A stretch of 64,000 bases of DNA from an uncultured Pseudomonadota bacterium (GTDB lineage: Bacteria; UBA10199; GCA-002796325; 1-14-0-20-49-13): the NCBI GenBank assembly GCA_964647545.1, contig CAZYHS010000002.1:34695-98694 (forward strand). Reading direction: 5' to 3'. Both the position numbers and the translations under genes were made by a program. The notes beneath the pieces are model-generated. The model searched no databases. It was not told the DNA's origin and worked only from the letters and a program-made list of their open reading frames with translations. Below are positions 26,791 through 37,328 of this stretch, in pieces. Positions within the stretch are counted from its first letter, which is position 1. Each line of letters starts with the position of its first letter.

Positions 26791-26883
26791 TTGCTCCGTT
26801 ACCGTGATCCGGTTATTTCCGTTTAGTCCGTTAACAGAATTAACCGACCTAACCGACAAAACCGAATTAACTGAACTAACTGA
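26791..26883. repeat. Intergenic repeat element, copy 3 of the CCGTTAA / TAACCGA family
   Basis: It reads ...ccggttatttccgtttagtccgttaacagaattaaccgacctaaccgacaaaaccgaattaactgaactaactga. It shares ccgttatttccgtt, gaattaaccga and ctaaccga with copy 1, and taactgaact with copy 4. Confidence 0.7.
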
Positions 26884-26887
26884 TTTT

Positions 26888-28027
26888 TCACCCATGCACT
26901 TTTTCATGTTCGGCCATTGCCTGCCGGTCGGTCATGCTGGCGATGTGATCGCAGACGATGCGGTGCGCGTCGCCCCCTTTGGAAATGAGGTCGCGCCGGA
27001 ATGACGGCAGACTATCGGTATTTTGCAAATAATAATTAAAGAGCTCTTCGATGATGAGCTGCGCTGTTTTCGTCATCTGCGCGACTTTCGGGTGCCGATA
27101 GAGATTTTTGAATAGAAATTTTCTCAGTTCGCCGATATCTTTTTTCATACCGCTTGAAAAAGCCACCAGTTCCTTGCCTCTCAATCGCACATCTTCGAGC
27201 GTAGCGATCTTTTTCGCCTCGATGTTTGCGCGTGTTTGCGTTTGCAGGTCGGTCACAAAAAGGTGAATGAGGCGTCTCACGATCTGGTATTTCAGCAGGA
27301 GCTTGCCGGCCTTGGGGTGCGCCTCTTTTGAAACCTCCAGCATTTTTTCCCAAAGCCTCACTTCGCCAAGTCGGTCAAAATGGAGCAGCCCAGATTCGAG
27401 CCCGTCGTCGAGGTCGTGATTCAAATAGGCGATTTCGTCGGCGATGTTGACGATCTGCGCTTCGAGCGTTGCGTAGCCGGTCCCTTCAAAATCTTTGCCG
27501 GTGGCCTTGTCGTACTCGCCGGAGTGTTTTGCAATTCCCTCAAGTACCTCGAACGTTAAATTGAGGCCGCGAAAATCGACGTAGCGAAATTCAAGCTCGG
27601 TGACGACACGATAGCTCTGACGATTGTGTTCGAACCCGCCAAAATCTTTCATGAGCTCGTCGAGTGCATATTCGCCGGCGTGTCCGAAAGGCGTGTGACC
27701 CAGATCGTGGGCGAGGGCGATCGCCTCGGCGAGGTCTTCGTTGAGGCCAAGCGTCCTTGCGATTCCGCGCGAAATTTGGGCGACTTCAAGGGTGTGGGTG
27801 AGGCGGGTGCGGTAGTAGTCGCCTTCGTGGTTCACGAAAACCTGTGTTTTATATTCGAGTTTGCGGAATGCCTCGCTGTGAATGATGCGGTCGCGGTCGC
27901 GCTGGAAGGCCGAGCGGAATTCGCACTCGTGCTCTTTGAACTTCCGGCCGCGCGATTTGCTGGAGATGGCGGCAAAAGGGGCTAAAACCTCTCTTTCGCG
28001 CGCCTCATATTCTTGGCGTAGGATCAT
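26888..28027 (-). CDS. dgt: dGTPase-like deoxynucleoside triphosphate triphosphohydrolase (HD domain)
   Basis: The N-terminal motif RDRDRIIHSEAFRKLEYKTQVF ... RLTHTLEVAQISRGIA and the metal-binding HD motif LAHDLGHTPFGH are present. Confidence 0.85.
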   Translation of the reverse strand: MILRQEYEAREREVLAPFAAISSKSRGRKFKEHECEFRSAFQRDRDRIIHSEAFRKLEYKTQVFVNHEGDYYRTRLTHTLEVAQISRGIARTLGLNEDLAEAIALAHDLGHTPFGHAGEYALDELMKDFGGFEHNRQSYRVVTELEFRYVDFRGLNLTFEVLEGIAKHSGEYDKATGKDFEGTGYATLEAQIVNIADEIAYLNHDLDDGLESGLLHFDRLGEVRLWEKMLEVSKEAHPKAGKLLLKYQIVRRLIHLFVTDLQTQTRANIEAKKIATLEDVRLRGKELVAFSSGMKKDIGELRKFLFKNLYRHPKVAQMTKTAQLIIEELFNYYLQNTDSLPSFRRDLISKGGDAHRIVCDHIASMTDRQAMAEHEKVHG

Positions 28028-28153
28028 GATAAAAACCTATTTCAAAGCATGTGTCGGGCGTCAATAGCTAATTCGGAGGCCTTTTCTAATGCTTGACGTG
28101 CGGCTCTTTTGCGTGTTAGCAACCCTCCTCGCAAAAAAGGAGAATCTCCCCAA

Positions 28154-29458
28154 ATGGTCGACATGGACAAACTTGTATCCCTTTGTAAAAGAAGGGGTTT
28201 TATTTTCCAAAATTCCGAGATTTATGGCGGACTTAGCGGCTTTTGGGATTTTGGCCCGATGGGCGCCGAAATGAAACGCCGCATCCGTGACTCGTGGTGG
28301 AATTACATGGTGCGCGACCGCGACAACGTTGTCGGCATCGACACTTCAATCATCGCTCATCCTCAAACATGGGTCGCCAGCGGCCACGTCGAGAGCTTTT
28401 CCGACCCGATGATCGATTGCAAAAAATGCAAAAAACGCTATCGCGCAGACGACATCCCCGAAAGTAAAAAATATCCAAAAGGCGTTTGCCCCGAATGCGG
28501 CGGCGAATTCACCGACGCCCGTCAGTTTAATTTAATGTTCCAGACCCACGTCGGCGCCCTTGCCGATGCAGGTTCGGTCGCCTATTTGCGCCCCGAAACC
28601 TGCCAATCGATTTTTACGCAATTTAAAAACGTCTGCGCTACAAGCCGCCAGAAGATTCCGTTCGGCATCGCGCAGATCGGCAAGGCCTTCCGCAACGAAA
28701 TTACGCCGCGCAATTTCATCTTCCGCAGCCGCGAATTCGAACAGATGGAGATGGAATTTTTCTGCCGCGACGAAGAGAGTGAAAAGTGGTTCGATTACTG
28801 GGTTGGCGAGCGCTACAACTGGTTCCAGAAGCTCGGCATCAAAAAAGAGAGCCTCACGCTTCGCCCGCACGAGAAACATGAGCTTGCGCACTATGCCCGT
28901 GGCTGCACCGACGTCGAGTTCAACATGCCATGGGGCATGTCGGAACTTGAAGGCATTGCCAATCGCGGAAATTTCGATCTGTCGCAGCACATTAAAACCA
29001 GCGGCAAAGATCTAAGCTGGTTCGACGAGGCGGCAAAAGAGAGATACGTTCCGTCTGTCATTGAATCAAGCGTCGGAGTCGACAGAACGCTGCTTGCAAT
29101 TTTGGTCGATGCCTACCGCGAAGAGGATGTCAAAGGCGAAACGCGCGTGGTTATGGGTTTTGGCGCCGCCGTTGCTCCGTACCAAGTCGCGGTCTTCCCG
29201 CTCTCCGGCAAACTTTGCGAACCTGCGCAGAAGATCGAACGCGACCTGCGCAAACAGTTCGTAAGCGATTTCGACGACGCCGGTTCGATCGGCAAAAGGT
29301 ACCGCCGTCACGACGAGATCGGCACGCCGTTCTGTGTGACCTACGATTTTGAATCGGAAAATGACCGCGCTGTCACCGTCCGCGAACGCGACTCCATGCA
29401 GCAGGAGAGAGTTTCGGTCGATCAGCTGGCAAATTATTTGAGAGAAAAGTTGTTCTAA
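28154..29458 (+). CDS. glyQS: Glycine--tRNA ligase, homodimeric alpha2 (class II, eukaryote/archaeal-type) form
   Basis: The N-terminus reads LVSLCKRRGFIFQNSEIYGGLSGFWDFGPMG. It has a zinc-binding Cys cluster and class II motifs. The start was chosen at MVDMDK, and the MDKLV alternative lies 9 nt further downstream. Confidence 0.88.
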   Translation: MVDMDKLVSLCKRRGFIFQNSEIYGGLSGFWDFGPMGAEMKRRIRDSWWNYMVRDRDNVVGIDTSIIAHPQTWVASGHVESFSDPMIDCKKCKKRYRADDIPESKKYPKGVCPECGGEFTDARQFNLMFQTHVGALADAGSVAYLRPETCQSIFTQFKNVCATSRQKIPFGIAQIGKAFRNEITPRNFIFRSREFEQMEMEFFCRDEESEKWFDYWVGERYNWFQKLGIKKESLTLRPHEKHELAHYARGCTDVEFNMPWGMSELEGIANRGNFDLSQHIKTSGKDLSWFDEAAKERYVPSVIESSVGVDRTLLAILVDAYREEDVKGETRVVMGFGAAVAPYQVAVFPLSGKLCEPAQKIERDLRKQFVSDFDDAGSIGKRYRRHDEIGTPFCVTYDFESENDRAVTVRERDSMQQERVSVDQLANYLREKLF

Positions 29459-29553
29459 AAGGAAGCGAAAATTAGTTGCAAGACAGCCAAGGCTTTGTGA
29501 CCGCGGTCGTCCTAAAACATCTTTCGCAAATTAAAATAAAGGAGATAGAAAAA

Positions 29554-32241
29554 ATGTCGAAGAAATACATCTACACCTTCGGCCCCAGCCATACAGATGG
29601 CAATTCCAAGATGAAGGACATCTTGGGCGGTAAAGGGGCCAACCTCGCCGAAATGGCAGGACTTGGAATTCCGGTTCCTCCCGGATTTACGATCTCGACC
29701 GAGGTTTGCGCTTTGTTCAACGAAAACAACAAGCAGCTTCCCAAAGGTCTCGATCAGGAAATTCGCGAAGGGCTTGCTTTCGTCGAAAAGAAAATGGAAG
29801 CGAAGTTCGGCGACACAAAGAATCCGTTGCTGGTTTCGGTAAGAAGCGGCGCCCGCGCATCTATGCCCGGCATGATGGACACAATTCTTAACTTGGGCCT
29901 CAACAACGAAACTCTCGCCGGATTGATCGAACGCACCGGCAACGCGCGTTTCGGCTATGACGCTTATCGCCGTTTCATTCAGATGTACTCGGATGTCGTT
30001 ATGGGCGTTTCGCGCCACGACATGGAGCACATGATCGACGACGTCAAAAAAGCAAAAGGTGTGAAACTCGACACCGACCTGACAGCCGACGACTGGAAAG
30101 CGCTTTGCGGCAAGTTCAAAGCCTACGTCCTTGAAAAATCGGGCAAGGCTTTCCCCGACGATCCGTGGGAACAGCTCGTTGGAGCTATCGGCGCAGTTTT
30201 CAATTCGTGGATGAACAAACGCGCAATTGAATATCGCCGTCTCAACAACATTCCGGCACAGTGGGGCACAGCAGTAAACGTGCAGGCCATGGTGTTCGGT
30301 AACATGGGCGAAGATTGCGCAACCGGCGTTGCCTTCACTCGCGATCCGGCGACTGGCGCGAAGCTCTTTTTCGGCGAATACCTCGTCAACGCACAGGGCG
30401 AAGACGTTGTGGCCGGCATCCGTACTCCGCAGCCGATCAACATCGCGGCTAAAAAGAGCGACAGCGAAAGATCTCTCGAAGAGGTCATGCCGAAAGCGTA
30501 CGGCGAGCTCGAAAAGATCTATCAGAAGCTCGAGAAGCACTATCGCGACATGCAGGACATCGAATTCACGATCCAGCAGGGCAAGCTCTGGATGCTCCAG
30601 ACCCGTAACGGCAAACGCACGGCCGCAGCCTCTGTGAAGATAGCGGTCGATATGGCCAAAGAGGGTCTTATTTCGAAAGAAGAAGCGGTGCTGCGTGTCG
30701 AACCGGCACAGCTCGACCAGCTTTTGCACCCGACATTCGATCCTAAGGCGCCAAAAGATGTTGTCGCCAAAGGTCTTCCCGCCTCCCCCGGAGCCGCGGT
30801 CGGAAGAGCCGTATTCACAGCCGACGAAGCGCAGATCTGGGCAGAGAAGGGCGAAAAGGTCATTCTTGTCAGACTTGAAACTTCGCCGGACGACATTCAC
30901 GGCATGAACGTTGCTCAGGGCATTTTGACGGCGCGCGGCGGTATGACAAGCCACGCGGCGGTCGTTGCCCGCGGCATGGGTAAGTGCTGCGTAGCAGGTT
31001 GCGGAGACATCACGGTCGAAGCCTCCAAGAAAGAATTCCACACCAAGAGCGGCAAATCCTTCAAAGAAGGCGATTGGATTTCGCTCAACGGTTCAAGCGG
31101 CGAAGTTATTTCAGGCAAAGTCCCGACAGTTGAACCGCAGCTGACCGGCGAATTCGGCGAATTGATGGGCTGGGTTGACAAGCTGCGCAAGCTGCGCGTC
31201 CGCACGAACGCAGACACACCGCACGATTCCGAGGTCGCCAAAAAATTCGGCGCCGAAGGTATCGGCCTCTGTCGCACCGAGCACATGTTCTTCGATCCCG
31301 AACGTATCGATGCGATGCGCGAAATGATCGTCGCCGACGAGCTCGATTCACGCAAAAAAGCTCTGGCGAAACTTCTCCCGTACCAGAAGAACGACTTCAT
31401 CGGAATTTTCCGCGTGATGAACGGCATGCCGGTCACGGTTCGTCTGCTTGACCCGCCGCTGCACGAATTTTTGCCGCACAAGGAGAGCGAAATTGTCGAA
31501 TTTTCCAAAAAGATCGGCATCAGCGCCGATAAGCTGCGCGACAAAGTTGCCAGCCTTCACGAGTTCAACCCGATGCTCGGCCACCGCGGTTGCCGTCTCG
31601 GCGTGACCTATCCTGAGATCTACGCGATGCAGACTCAGGCGGTCATGGAAGCCGTTTGCGAACTCAAACGCGATGAAAATATCGATTCTCACGCAGAGAT
31701 CGAAATTCCGCTGGTCGGACACGTCAACGAACTGAAGTTCCTGCGTGCGGTTTGCGATAAGGTGGCTCAGGACGTGATTGCCAAGTACAACGTTAAAGTT
31801 CACTACACGATCGGCACAATGATCGAACTTGTCCGTGCCGCAATTACGGCCGACGAGATCGCCGAATATGCCGACTTCTTCTCGTTTGGAACGAACGATC
31901 TCACGCAGACGACCTTCGGTCTGTCGCGCGACGATGCCGGACGTTTCCTCAAAGAATACGTCGAGAAGAAACTTCTGCCGAGCGATCCTTTCGTCGCAAT
32001 CGACCGCGACGGCGTCGGCAAGATCATGCAGATCGCGATCGAGCGCGGCCGCAAGACCAAGCCGAAACTCGAAATCGGTATCTGCGGTGAACATGGCGGA
32101 GAACCGTCGAGCGTCGAATTCTGTCATGAGATCGGCCTTGATTTTGTAAGCTGTTCGCCTTACCGCGTGCCTATCGCGCGCCTTGCGGCTGCACAGGCGG
32201 TCCTTAAAGAAAAAGGGGTCGCTGAGTCATCGACGAAATAA
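29554..32241 (+). CDS. ppdK: Pyruvate, phosphate dikinase
   Basis: The start MSKKYIYTFGP has an RBS aaggag. The catalytic His region is GGMTSHAAVVARGMGKCCV and the C-terminal PEP-utilising TIM barrel reads GTNDLTQ. The length is about 895 aa. Confidence 0.9.
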   Translation: MSKKYIYTFGPSHTDGNSKMKDILGGKGANLAEMAGLGIPVPPGFTISTEVCALFNENNKQLPKGLDQEIREGLAFVEKKMEAKFGDTKNPLLVSVRSGARASMPGMMDTILNLGLNNETLAGLIERTGNARFGYDAYRRFIQMYSDVVMGVSRHDMEHMIDDVKKAKGVKLDTDLTADDWKALCGKFKAYVLEKSGKAFPDDPWEQLVGAIGAVFNSWMNKRAIEYRRLNNIPAQWGTAVNVQAMVFGNMGEDCATGVAFTRDPATGAKLFFGEYLVNAQGEDVVAGIRTPQPINIAAKKSDSERSLEEVMPKAYGELEKIYQKLEKHYRDMQDIEFTIQQGKLWMLQTRNGKRTAAASVKIAVDMAKEGLISKEEAVLRVEPAQLDQLLHPTFDPKAPKDVVAKGLPASPGAAVGRAVFTADEAQIWAEKGEKVILVRLETSPDDIHGMNVAQGILTARGGMTSHAAVVARGMGKCCVAGCGDITVEASKKEFHTKSGKSFKEGDWISLNGSSGEVISGKVPTVEPQLTGEFGELMGWVDKLRKLRVRTNADTPHDSEVAKKFGAEGIGLCRTEHMFFDPERIDAMREMIVADELDSRKKALAKLLPYQKNDFIGIFRVMNGMPVTVRLLDPPLHEFLPHKESEIVEFSKKIGISADKLRDKVASLHEFNPMLGHRGCRLGVTYPEIYAMQTQAVMEAVCELKRDENIDSHAEIEIPLVGHVNELKFLRAVCDKVAQDVIAKYNVKVHYTIGTMIELVRAAITADEIAEYADFFSFGTNDLTQTTFGLSRDDAGRFLKEYVEKKLLPSDPFVAIDRDGVGKIMQIAIERGRKTKPKLEIGICGEHGGEPSSVEFCHEIGLDFVSCSPYRVPIARLAAAQAVLKEKGVAESSTK

Positions 32242-32302
32242 CGGTCTGCCCCAATTAGGGCCGGCTTGAATTGAAACGAACAAGAGGGGGAGGAGCACAC
32301 AG

Positions 32303-33457
32303 ATGAAACGACTTGCTAAAATGCTACGAGACTTCAACAGGGCTTTAGCGGTTGGGTTTGTGTCGCTTCTCCTCCTTTTTTCTTCTTCATGCACCGGCGG
32401 AGATATCTTTCCCGAAATCGGCGACACGGTTTACAACCCGATTGCAGTCGTTACCGATGCCGCCGCCGGCAGATTGTATCTTGTTAATTCAAATTATACC
32501 GTTTACTACAGCAGCGGCTCCTTTCAGGCCTATGACATAACGGCTCCCGACAGCCCCGTTTTGATGGAGACGGTGGCGATAAATAGTTTTTCGGGGCATA
32601 TGCACTTTGACGCGGCCGCAAAGCGCATCTATCTCACCAATCGCTATTCGGAAGATGGTTTCGGCGATCCGGCAGACCACGTCTTTCGTGTCAACGTAGA
32701 TGAAGCGAGCGCGAATTATCTCGAAATTGAGGAGTTTGCCGACGGGAAAAATCCTTTCGGTCTTTTTTACGATGCCGCCACTCAAGTTTACTACATCGCC
32801 AGCGCAAATTCGGCTTTGGACTATTTCACCGATCCGTCGAGCATTTCGGCGTTCGATTTGACTAATGTCGAGCTGTCGGAAGGCTATCTCGAATGGTCCG
32901 ATTTTCGTGACGTCGCCGTGGTCGGCGATCAGGCTTGGCTTTCGAGGGCTTCCGGCGGGGTGATGGTTTTCGACATCGCCGGCGAAAAGTGCGACTATTT
33001 TTTCAACGATTTTTTGGCTCCGCGCGCAATTTCAACCGACGGAACGTACATTTATCTTACGAGCGTCGAGTCGGTAAGCGGAACGGCAACCCCGACTCTT
33101 TACGTGCTTGATCCTTCAAAGGTGCCCGTAAGAAGCGGAAATACGACCTGCCAAATAACTCCCAAGGCGTCTATTGACGATTTTATAGTTGCGAGTCCTA
33201 CGACCGGTGCGAACACTCAGGAAATTCTTATCTCCGACGATTATATTTTTGTCTCCAATCAGGACGCCAATACCGTGTCGGTCGTCTCCAGAGCCGACTT
33301 TACTAAGGTGAAAGATATCACGGTCGGCAAAGGCCCGTTCGGTCTCGGTCTGTACAGTCCGGCCGGTATCGACACCTATCTTTATGTCACGAATTTAACT
33401 TCCAACAACGTTTCAATTATCGACATAGCGACTCTTACCCTTTTGAAGAACTTTTAA
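32303..33457 (+). CDS. Secreted/lipoprotein beta-propeller protein (YVTN-family repeats)
   Basis: It has a signal peptide with Cys (LLLLFSSSCTG). Propeller-blade motifs include LYLVNSNYTVYY, IYLTNRYSEDGF and LYVTNLTSNNVSIIDIATL. Confidence 0.75.
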   Translation: MKRLAKMLRDFNRALAVGFVSLLLLFSSSCTGGDIFPEIGDTVYNPIAVVTDAAAGRLYLVNSNYTVYYSSGSFQAYDITAPDSPVLMETVAINSFSGHMHFDAAAKRIYLTNRYSEDGFGDPADHVFRVNVDEASANYLEIEEFADGKNPFGLFYDAATQVYYIASANSALDYFTDPSSISAFDLTNVELSEGYLEWSDFRDVAVVGDQAWLSRASGGVMVFDIAGEKCDYFFNDFLAPRAISTDGTYIYLTSVESVSGTATPTLYVLDPSKVPVRSGNTTCQITPKASIDDFIVASPTTGANTQEILISDDYIFVSNQDANTVSVVSRADFTKVKDITVGKGPFGLGLYSPAGIDTYLYVTNLTSNNVSIIDIATLTLLKNF

Positions 33458-33568
33458 ACCGGCGGCAATTTTTTTCAATTTTCAACCCGCTTTTTTTGAG
33501 AAAAACTCAAGAATTTACCAACAATTTTATTTACAAGTTTCAAAGGGTTAGCTAAAGTCTGCCGCATT

Positions 33569-36500
33569 ATGCGCCTGAAATCACTCGAACTTATCGGATT
33601 TAAATCCTTCGTTGATAGAACCGTAGTTTCATTCGACGAAGGTATCACTTCTGTTGTCGGTCCGAACGGCAGCGGCAAATCAAACGTTGTCGACGGCATC
33701 CGCTGGGTCATGGGTGAACAGTCGGCCAAGCAGCTGCGCGGCTGTGACATGAGCGACGTTATTTTTAACGGCAGCGAAGCCCGCCCTGCAACCGGCATGG
33801 CCAGCGTGTTTCTTACGTTCGACAATTCCGACGGGCGCGCGCCGGCCGAGTATGCCAGCTATTCCGAGATCACCATCGGCCGCAGGCTTTATCGCAGCGG
33901 CGAGAGCGAATATTACATCAACAAAGTTCCGTGCCGTCTCAAAGACATCACCGAATTTTTCTTGGGAACCGGCGTCGGCACAAAGGCCTATTCGATAGTC
34001 GAACAGGGGCAGGTCGAGCGCATCGTTTCTGCTAAGCCGGAGGAAAGACGCGCCCTTCTTGAAGAAGCGGCCGGTATTTCGAAGTTCAAAATGCACCGCG
34101 ACGCCGCTCTGCGCAAGATCGAAGCGACAAAACAAAATCTTGCAAGGCTGGCCGACATCATTTCCGAGCTTGAGCATCAGAGAAATTCACTTTCGCGACA
34201 GGCCAAGAAAGCCGAACGCTATAAAGAATTTGCCGATGAGTTGAAAAATCTCGACCTCGGCCTTGCTTCGCACAAATGGCGGCAGTGGAGCTCCGAAGCT
34301 TCAGCCTTAAGAGCGAAGCTCGAAGAGCTTTCGCGCGAAGAGGCTTCAAAAGGGGCCGCGCTTTCCACCGAAGAGACGCAGATCGATTCGGCAAGGCTTG
34401 AGCTCACCGAAACAGAGCGCTCTTTGAACTCGCTGCAAGAGAAGAACTACGAGCTGCAGAACGCGCTCCGATTGAACGAAGCCGAAGTGAAATTTAAAAC
34501 CGACGCTCTCGCTCAAAGACGCGCCCGCATTGAAGAAGATTCCCGAGAGATAGTTGAATTAAAGACCAAAAAAGAAGAGCGGATAAAAGAGCTGGAGTCC
34601 CACAACAACACGAAAGTAAATTCGGACATCGAGCTGGCATCTTTTGAAGAGACGGTCGCCGAAATAGAAGCTCGCCTTAAAGAATTTCAGGAGCGTCTTT
34701 CCGCGGTCGGCGCCGAAGTCGAGTCGGCAAGGCGCGAAGCCGTCGAACAGATCCGCATTTCGAGCAGCGCCAAGGCGCGCATCGAGCAGGTCGAACGTTT
34801 GGACGCGGACATAACTTCCAAGGTCGCCGTCAATCAGACCGAGATCGATTCGATCGATTCAAAGATTTCTGAAATTCAAGCTGCGATTGCCGCCGCCGAA
34901 GGTCTCGTCAGCGAAATGCGCGGCACAAAAGAGAGTTTAAGTCAGGAAATTTCCAGACTCACCAATGAAACAACCTCTGCGAAGGGCGACCTGCAACATT
35001 ATCAGGTAGAGCTCGAGGATTTTAGCCGCAGTCTCTCCTCCAAAAAGAGCCGCTTGAGCTCGCTGGAAGAACTTTGCCAGTCTTACGAAGGTTATCACGA
35101 CGGCGTTAAAGCTGTTTTAAAAAGACGCGCCGAGTCGCCCGAATTCAGCGGCATCTACGGCACGTTGAGCGAGGTTGTCGAGACCGAACCGAAATATGAA
35201 ACGGCTCTAAGCGCGGCTCTCGGCGACAAGCTGCAGTACGTTGTCGTTAAGTCGCAGCACGAGGGTGTGGCGGCGATCGATTATCTCAAAACGCAGGCCG
35301 CGGGACGTTCGACATTTGTGCCGATGGAGATATCGGGCGGCGAGACAGAGATGGCGGCCTCTTCGGTTACAGGCGAAGGGGTGATCGGCCCCATGCTGAA
35401 CTTTGTTAAGTTTAACAACGAATATTCGGCGGTCTGCCGGCATCTGTTAAACGACATCGTGCTTGTCGAAGATCTCGGCAAGGCGGTAGGCGTATGGCAG
35501 TCGGGCGGCCGAAAAAACACGGTTGTGACCCTCGAAGGCGATGTGATCGACATGCATGGCGTGTTAAGCGGCGGTTCGGGACACGATTCATCGAAACAAT
35601 TCCTCGCGAATAAACGCGAGATAGCAGATTTAAAGCAGGAGACGGCAAGGCTTGCCGACGAAGTGGCGTCGCGTTCCGCCAAGGTGAGCGAACTTCGCGA
35701 TCGTGTGCAGGTCAACGAGGCTCGCATTGCACAGCTCAAAAACCAGTCGCACGCTCACGAGGTCGATTTTGTCCACAAAGAACGCGATCTTTCCGGTATG
35801 GCCAAAGAGATCGAGAACTGGCGCAGAAACCGCGATCGTCTCACCCTTGAGACGGCGACGATTGCCGAACAACAGCTTGCTTTAAGAAGAGAGCGTGACG
35901 AACTGAACACGAAAATCGAGACCGCTTGCGCGATACAATCGGCAAGCGAAGCAAAAGTTGCGGAGCTTGCGACCGCATCCGACGGCGTTCGTGCCGAGCT
36001 CGCTAAGGTGAACGAAGAGCTGACCACCAAAAAAGTTCAGCTGGCCGCATCGCAGGAGCAGGCTACAAATCTCGATCGGGACATAAAACGTATTTCAGAT
36101 GACATCGCAGATATCGAACGTCAGATATCTTCGCGCGACAACGATATTGTCGAAGGTAACGCTGAGATCGAAAGCAACGAGCGCGCATTGGCCAACGCAA
36201 AGAGCGAAATTTCGCGCCTTGTGCAGGAGATAGACGCCGTTACGGTTTCACAGAACGAATTAAAACTTAAATACGACAAGATGACCGAGGACGTTCGCGC
36301 GAAGGAGCTTGCGCTGCGTGAGCTTCGCAGGACTTACGAAGACGTTAAAAATCAGGTCATGGACCTCAAACTTGAAGATACGAAGCAGACGGAGAAGATC
36401 TTTTATCTCGAACGTGAAATTCAGGAACGTTATCACATCGATCTGGCCAGCAGAAACGCAGAGTTCTCGCTTGATATAAAAACCTCCGAGCAGGCAGAAG

Positions 36501-37255
36501 GAGAGGCGTCTTCAACAACTCCTTCCGAAGCCGAGCAGCTTCAGTCGATCGAAGGCAGAGTTACCGAACTCAAAGAGAAGATCGAAAAGATCGGCGCGGT
36601 CAATACCGATGCAATTAATGAGTATCAAGGGGTTGCCGAGCGCTACGATTTCTTAATGAAGCAGTCTGAGGACCTCAAAACCTCGATCGATACGCTGCAG
36701 AAGGCGATCATCAGGATCAATCGCACAAGTAAGGAACGTTTCTTTGAAACCTTTAACGCGGTTAACGACAGGTTCAAAACTCTTTTCCCGCGACTGTTCC
36801 ACGGCGGTGGAAAGGCCGAGCTCATCCTGACAGATCAGGAAAATATTCTTGAAAGCGGCATTGAGATAGTCGCGCAGCCCCCGGGAAAGAAGTTGCAGAG
36901 CGTTGGGTTGCTGTCGGGGGGTGAAAAGGCCCTTGTCGCCATCACTTTCATCTTCTCGATATTTCTCATTAAGCCGAGCCCATTCTGTTTGCTTGATGAA
37001 GTCGATGCCCCTCTTGACGATGCCAACATCGATCGCTTCAATCAGCTCGTGCGCGAGATGAGCAACCTCTCGCAGTTCATCATGATTACGCACAATCGCA
37101 GAACGATGGAGCTTGCCGACACTCTTTACGGCGTCACAATGGAAGACCCCGGCATCTCCAAGATCGTTTCGGTGAAGCTTGAGAATAGAAGAAGTCAGCA
37201 GCCTGAAACGCAGTCGAACGCCGAGTCGGGAGACCAGTCGCAAAGCGCTGCCTGA
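33569..37255 (+). CDS. smc: Chromosome segregation protein SMC
   Basis: The N-terminal Walker A is GPNGSGKSNVVDGIRWVMGEQ. It has long coiled coils and a central hinge. The C-terminal signature LSGGEKALVAITFIF and Walker B LLDEVDAPLD are present. It is 1228 aa. Confidence 0.92.
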   Translation: MRLKSLELIGFKSFVDRTVVSFDEGITSVVGPNGSGKSNVVDGIRWVMGEQSAKQLRGCDMSDVIFNGSEARPATGMASVFLTFDNSDGRAPAEYASYSEITIGRRLYRSGESEYYINKVPCRLKDITEFFLGTGVGTKAYSIVEQGQVERIVSAKPEERRALLEEAAGISKFKMHRDAALRKIEATKQNLARLADIISELEHQRNSLSRQAKKAERYKEFADELKNLDLGLASHKWRQWSSEASALRAKLEELSREEASKGAALSTEETQIDSARLELTETERSLNSLQEKNYELQNALRLNEAEVKFKTDALAQRRARIEEDSREIVELKTKKEERIKELESHNNTKVNSDIELASFEETVAEIEARLKEFQERLSAVGAEVESARREAVEQIRISSSAKARIEQVERLDADITSKVAVNQTEIDSIDSKISEIQAAIAAAEGLVSEMRGTKESLSQEISRLTNETTSAKGDLQHYQVELEDFSRSLSSKKSRLSSLEELCQSYEGYHDGVKAVLKRRAESPEFSGIYGTLSEVVETEPKYETALSAALGDKLQYVVVKSQHEGVAAIDYLKTQAAGRSTFVPMEISGGETEMAASSVTGEGVIGPMLNFVKFNNEYSAVCRHLLNDIVLVEDLGKAVGVWQSGGRKNTVVTLEGDVIDMHGVLSGGSGHDSSKQFLANKREIADLKQETARLADEVASRSAKVSELRDRVQVNEARIAQLKNQSHAHEVDFVHKERDLSGMAKEIENWRRNRDRLTLETATIAEQQLALRRERDELNTKIETACAIQSASEAKVAELATASDGVRAELAKVNEELTTKKVQLAASQEQATNLDRDIKRISDDIADIERQISSRDNDIVEGNAEIESNERALANAKSEISRLVQEIDAVTVSQNELKLKYDKMTEDVRAKELALRELRRTYEDVKNQVMDLKLEDTKQTEKIFYLEREIQERYHIDLASRNAEFSLDIKTSEQAEGEASSTTPSEAEQLQSIEGRVTELKEKIEKIGAVNTDAINEYQGVAERYDFLMKQSEDLKTSIDTLQKAIIRINRTSKERFFETFNAVNDRFKTLFPRLFHGGGKAELILTDQENILESGIEIVAQPPGKKLQSVGLLSGGEKALVAITFIFSIFLIKPSPFCLLDEVDAPLDDANIDRFNQLVREMSNLSQFIMITHNRRTMELADTLYGVTMEDPGISKIVSVKLENRRSQQPETQSNAESGDQSQSAA

Positions 37256-37275
37256 TTTTGGAAAATAAAAAATAA

Positions 37276-37313
37276 AAAACCCCGCCAGCCTTACGGTTAG
37301 CGGGGTTTTTGTT
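37276..37313. terminator. Bidirectional rho-independent terminator between smc (+) and the convergent small gene (-)
   Basis: It reads aaaaaaCCCCGC-cagccttacggtta-GCGGGGtttttgtttg. A GC-rich 6-bp stem is flanked by an A-run and a T-run. Confidence 0.7.
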
Positions 37314-37328
37314 TGCGTTAAGAAAAGC

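Noticed and set aside
29512-31041. 509-aa ORF on the minus strand
   Set aside because: It is entirely antisense to ppdK, whose + strand product has unmistakable pyruvate phosphate dikinase motifs. Long antisense ORFs are expected at this GC content.
36653-37243. 196-aa minus-strand ORF
   Set aside because: It is antisense to the smc C-terminal ABC signature and Walker B region, which are conserved on the + strand.
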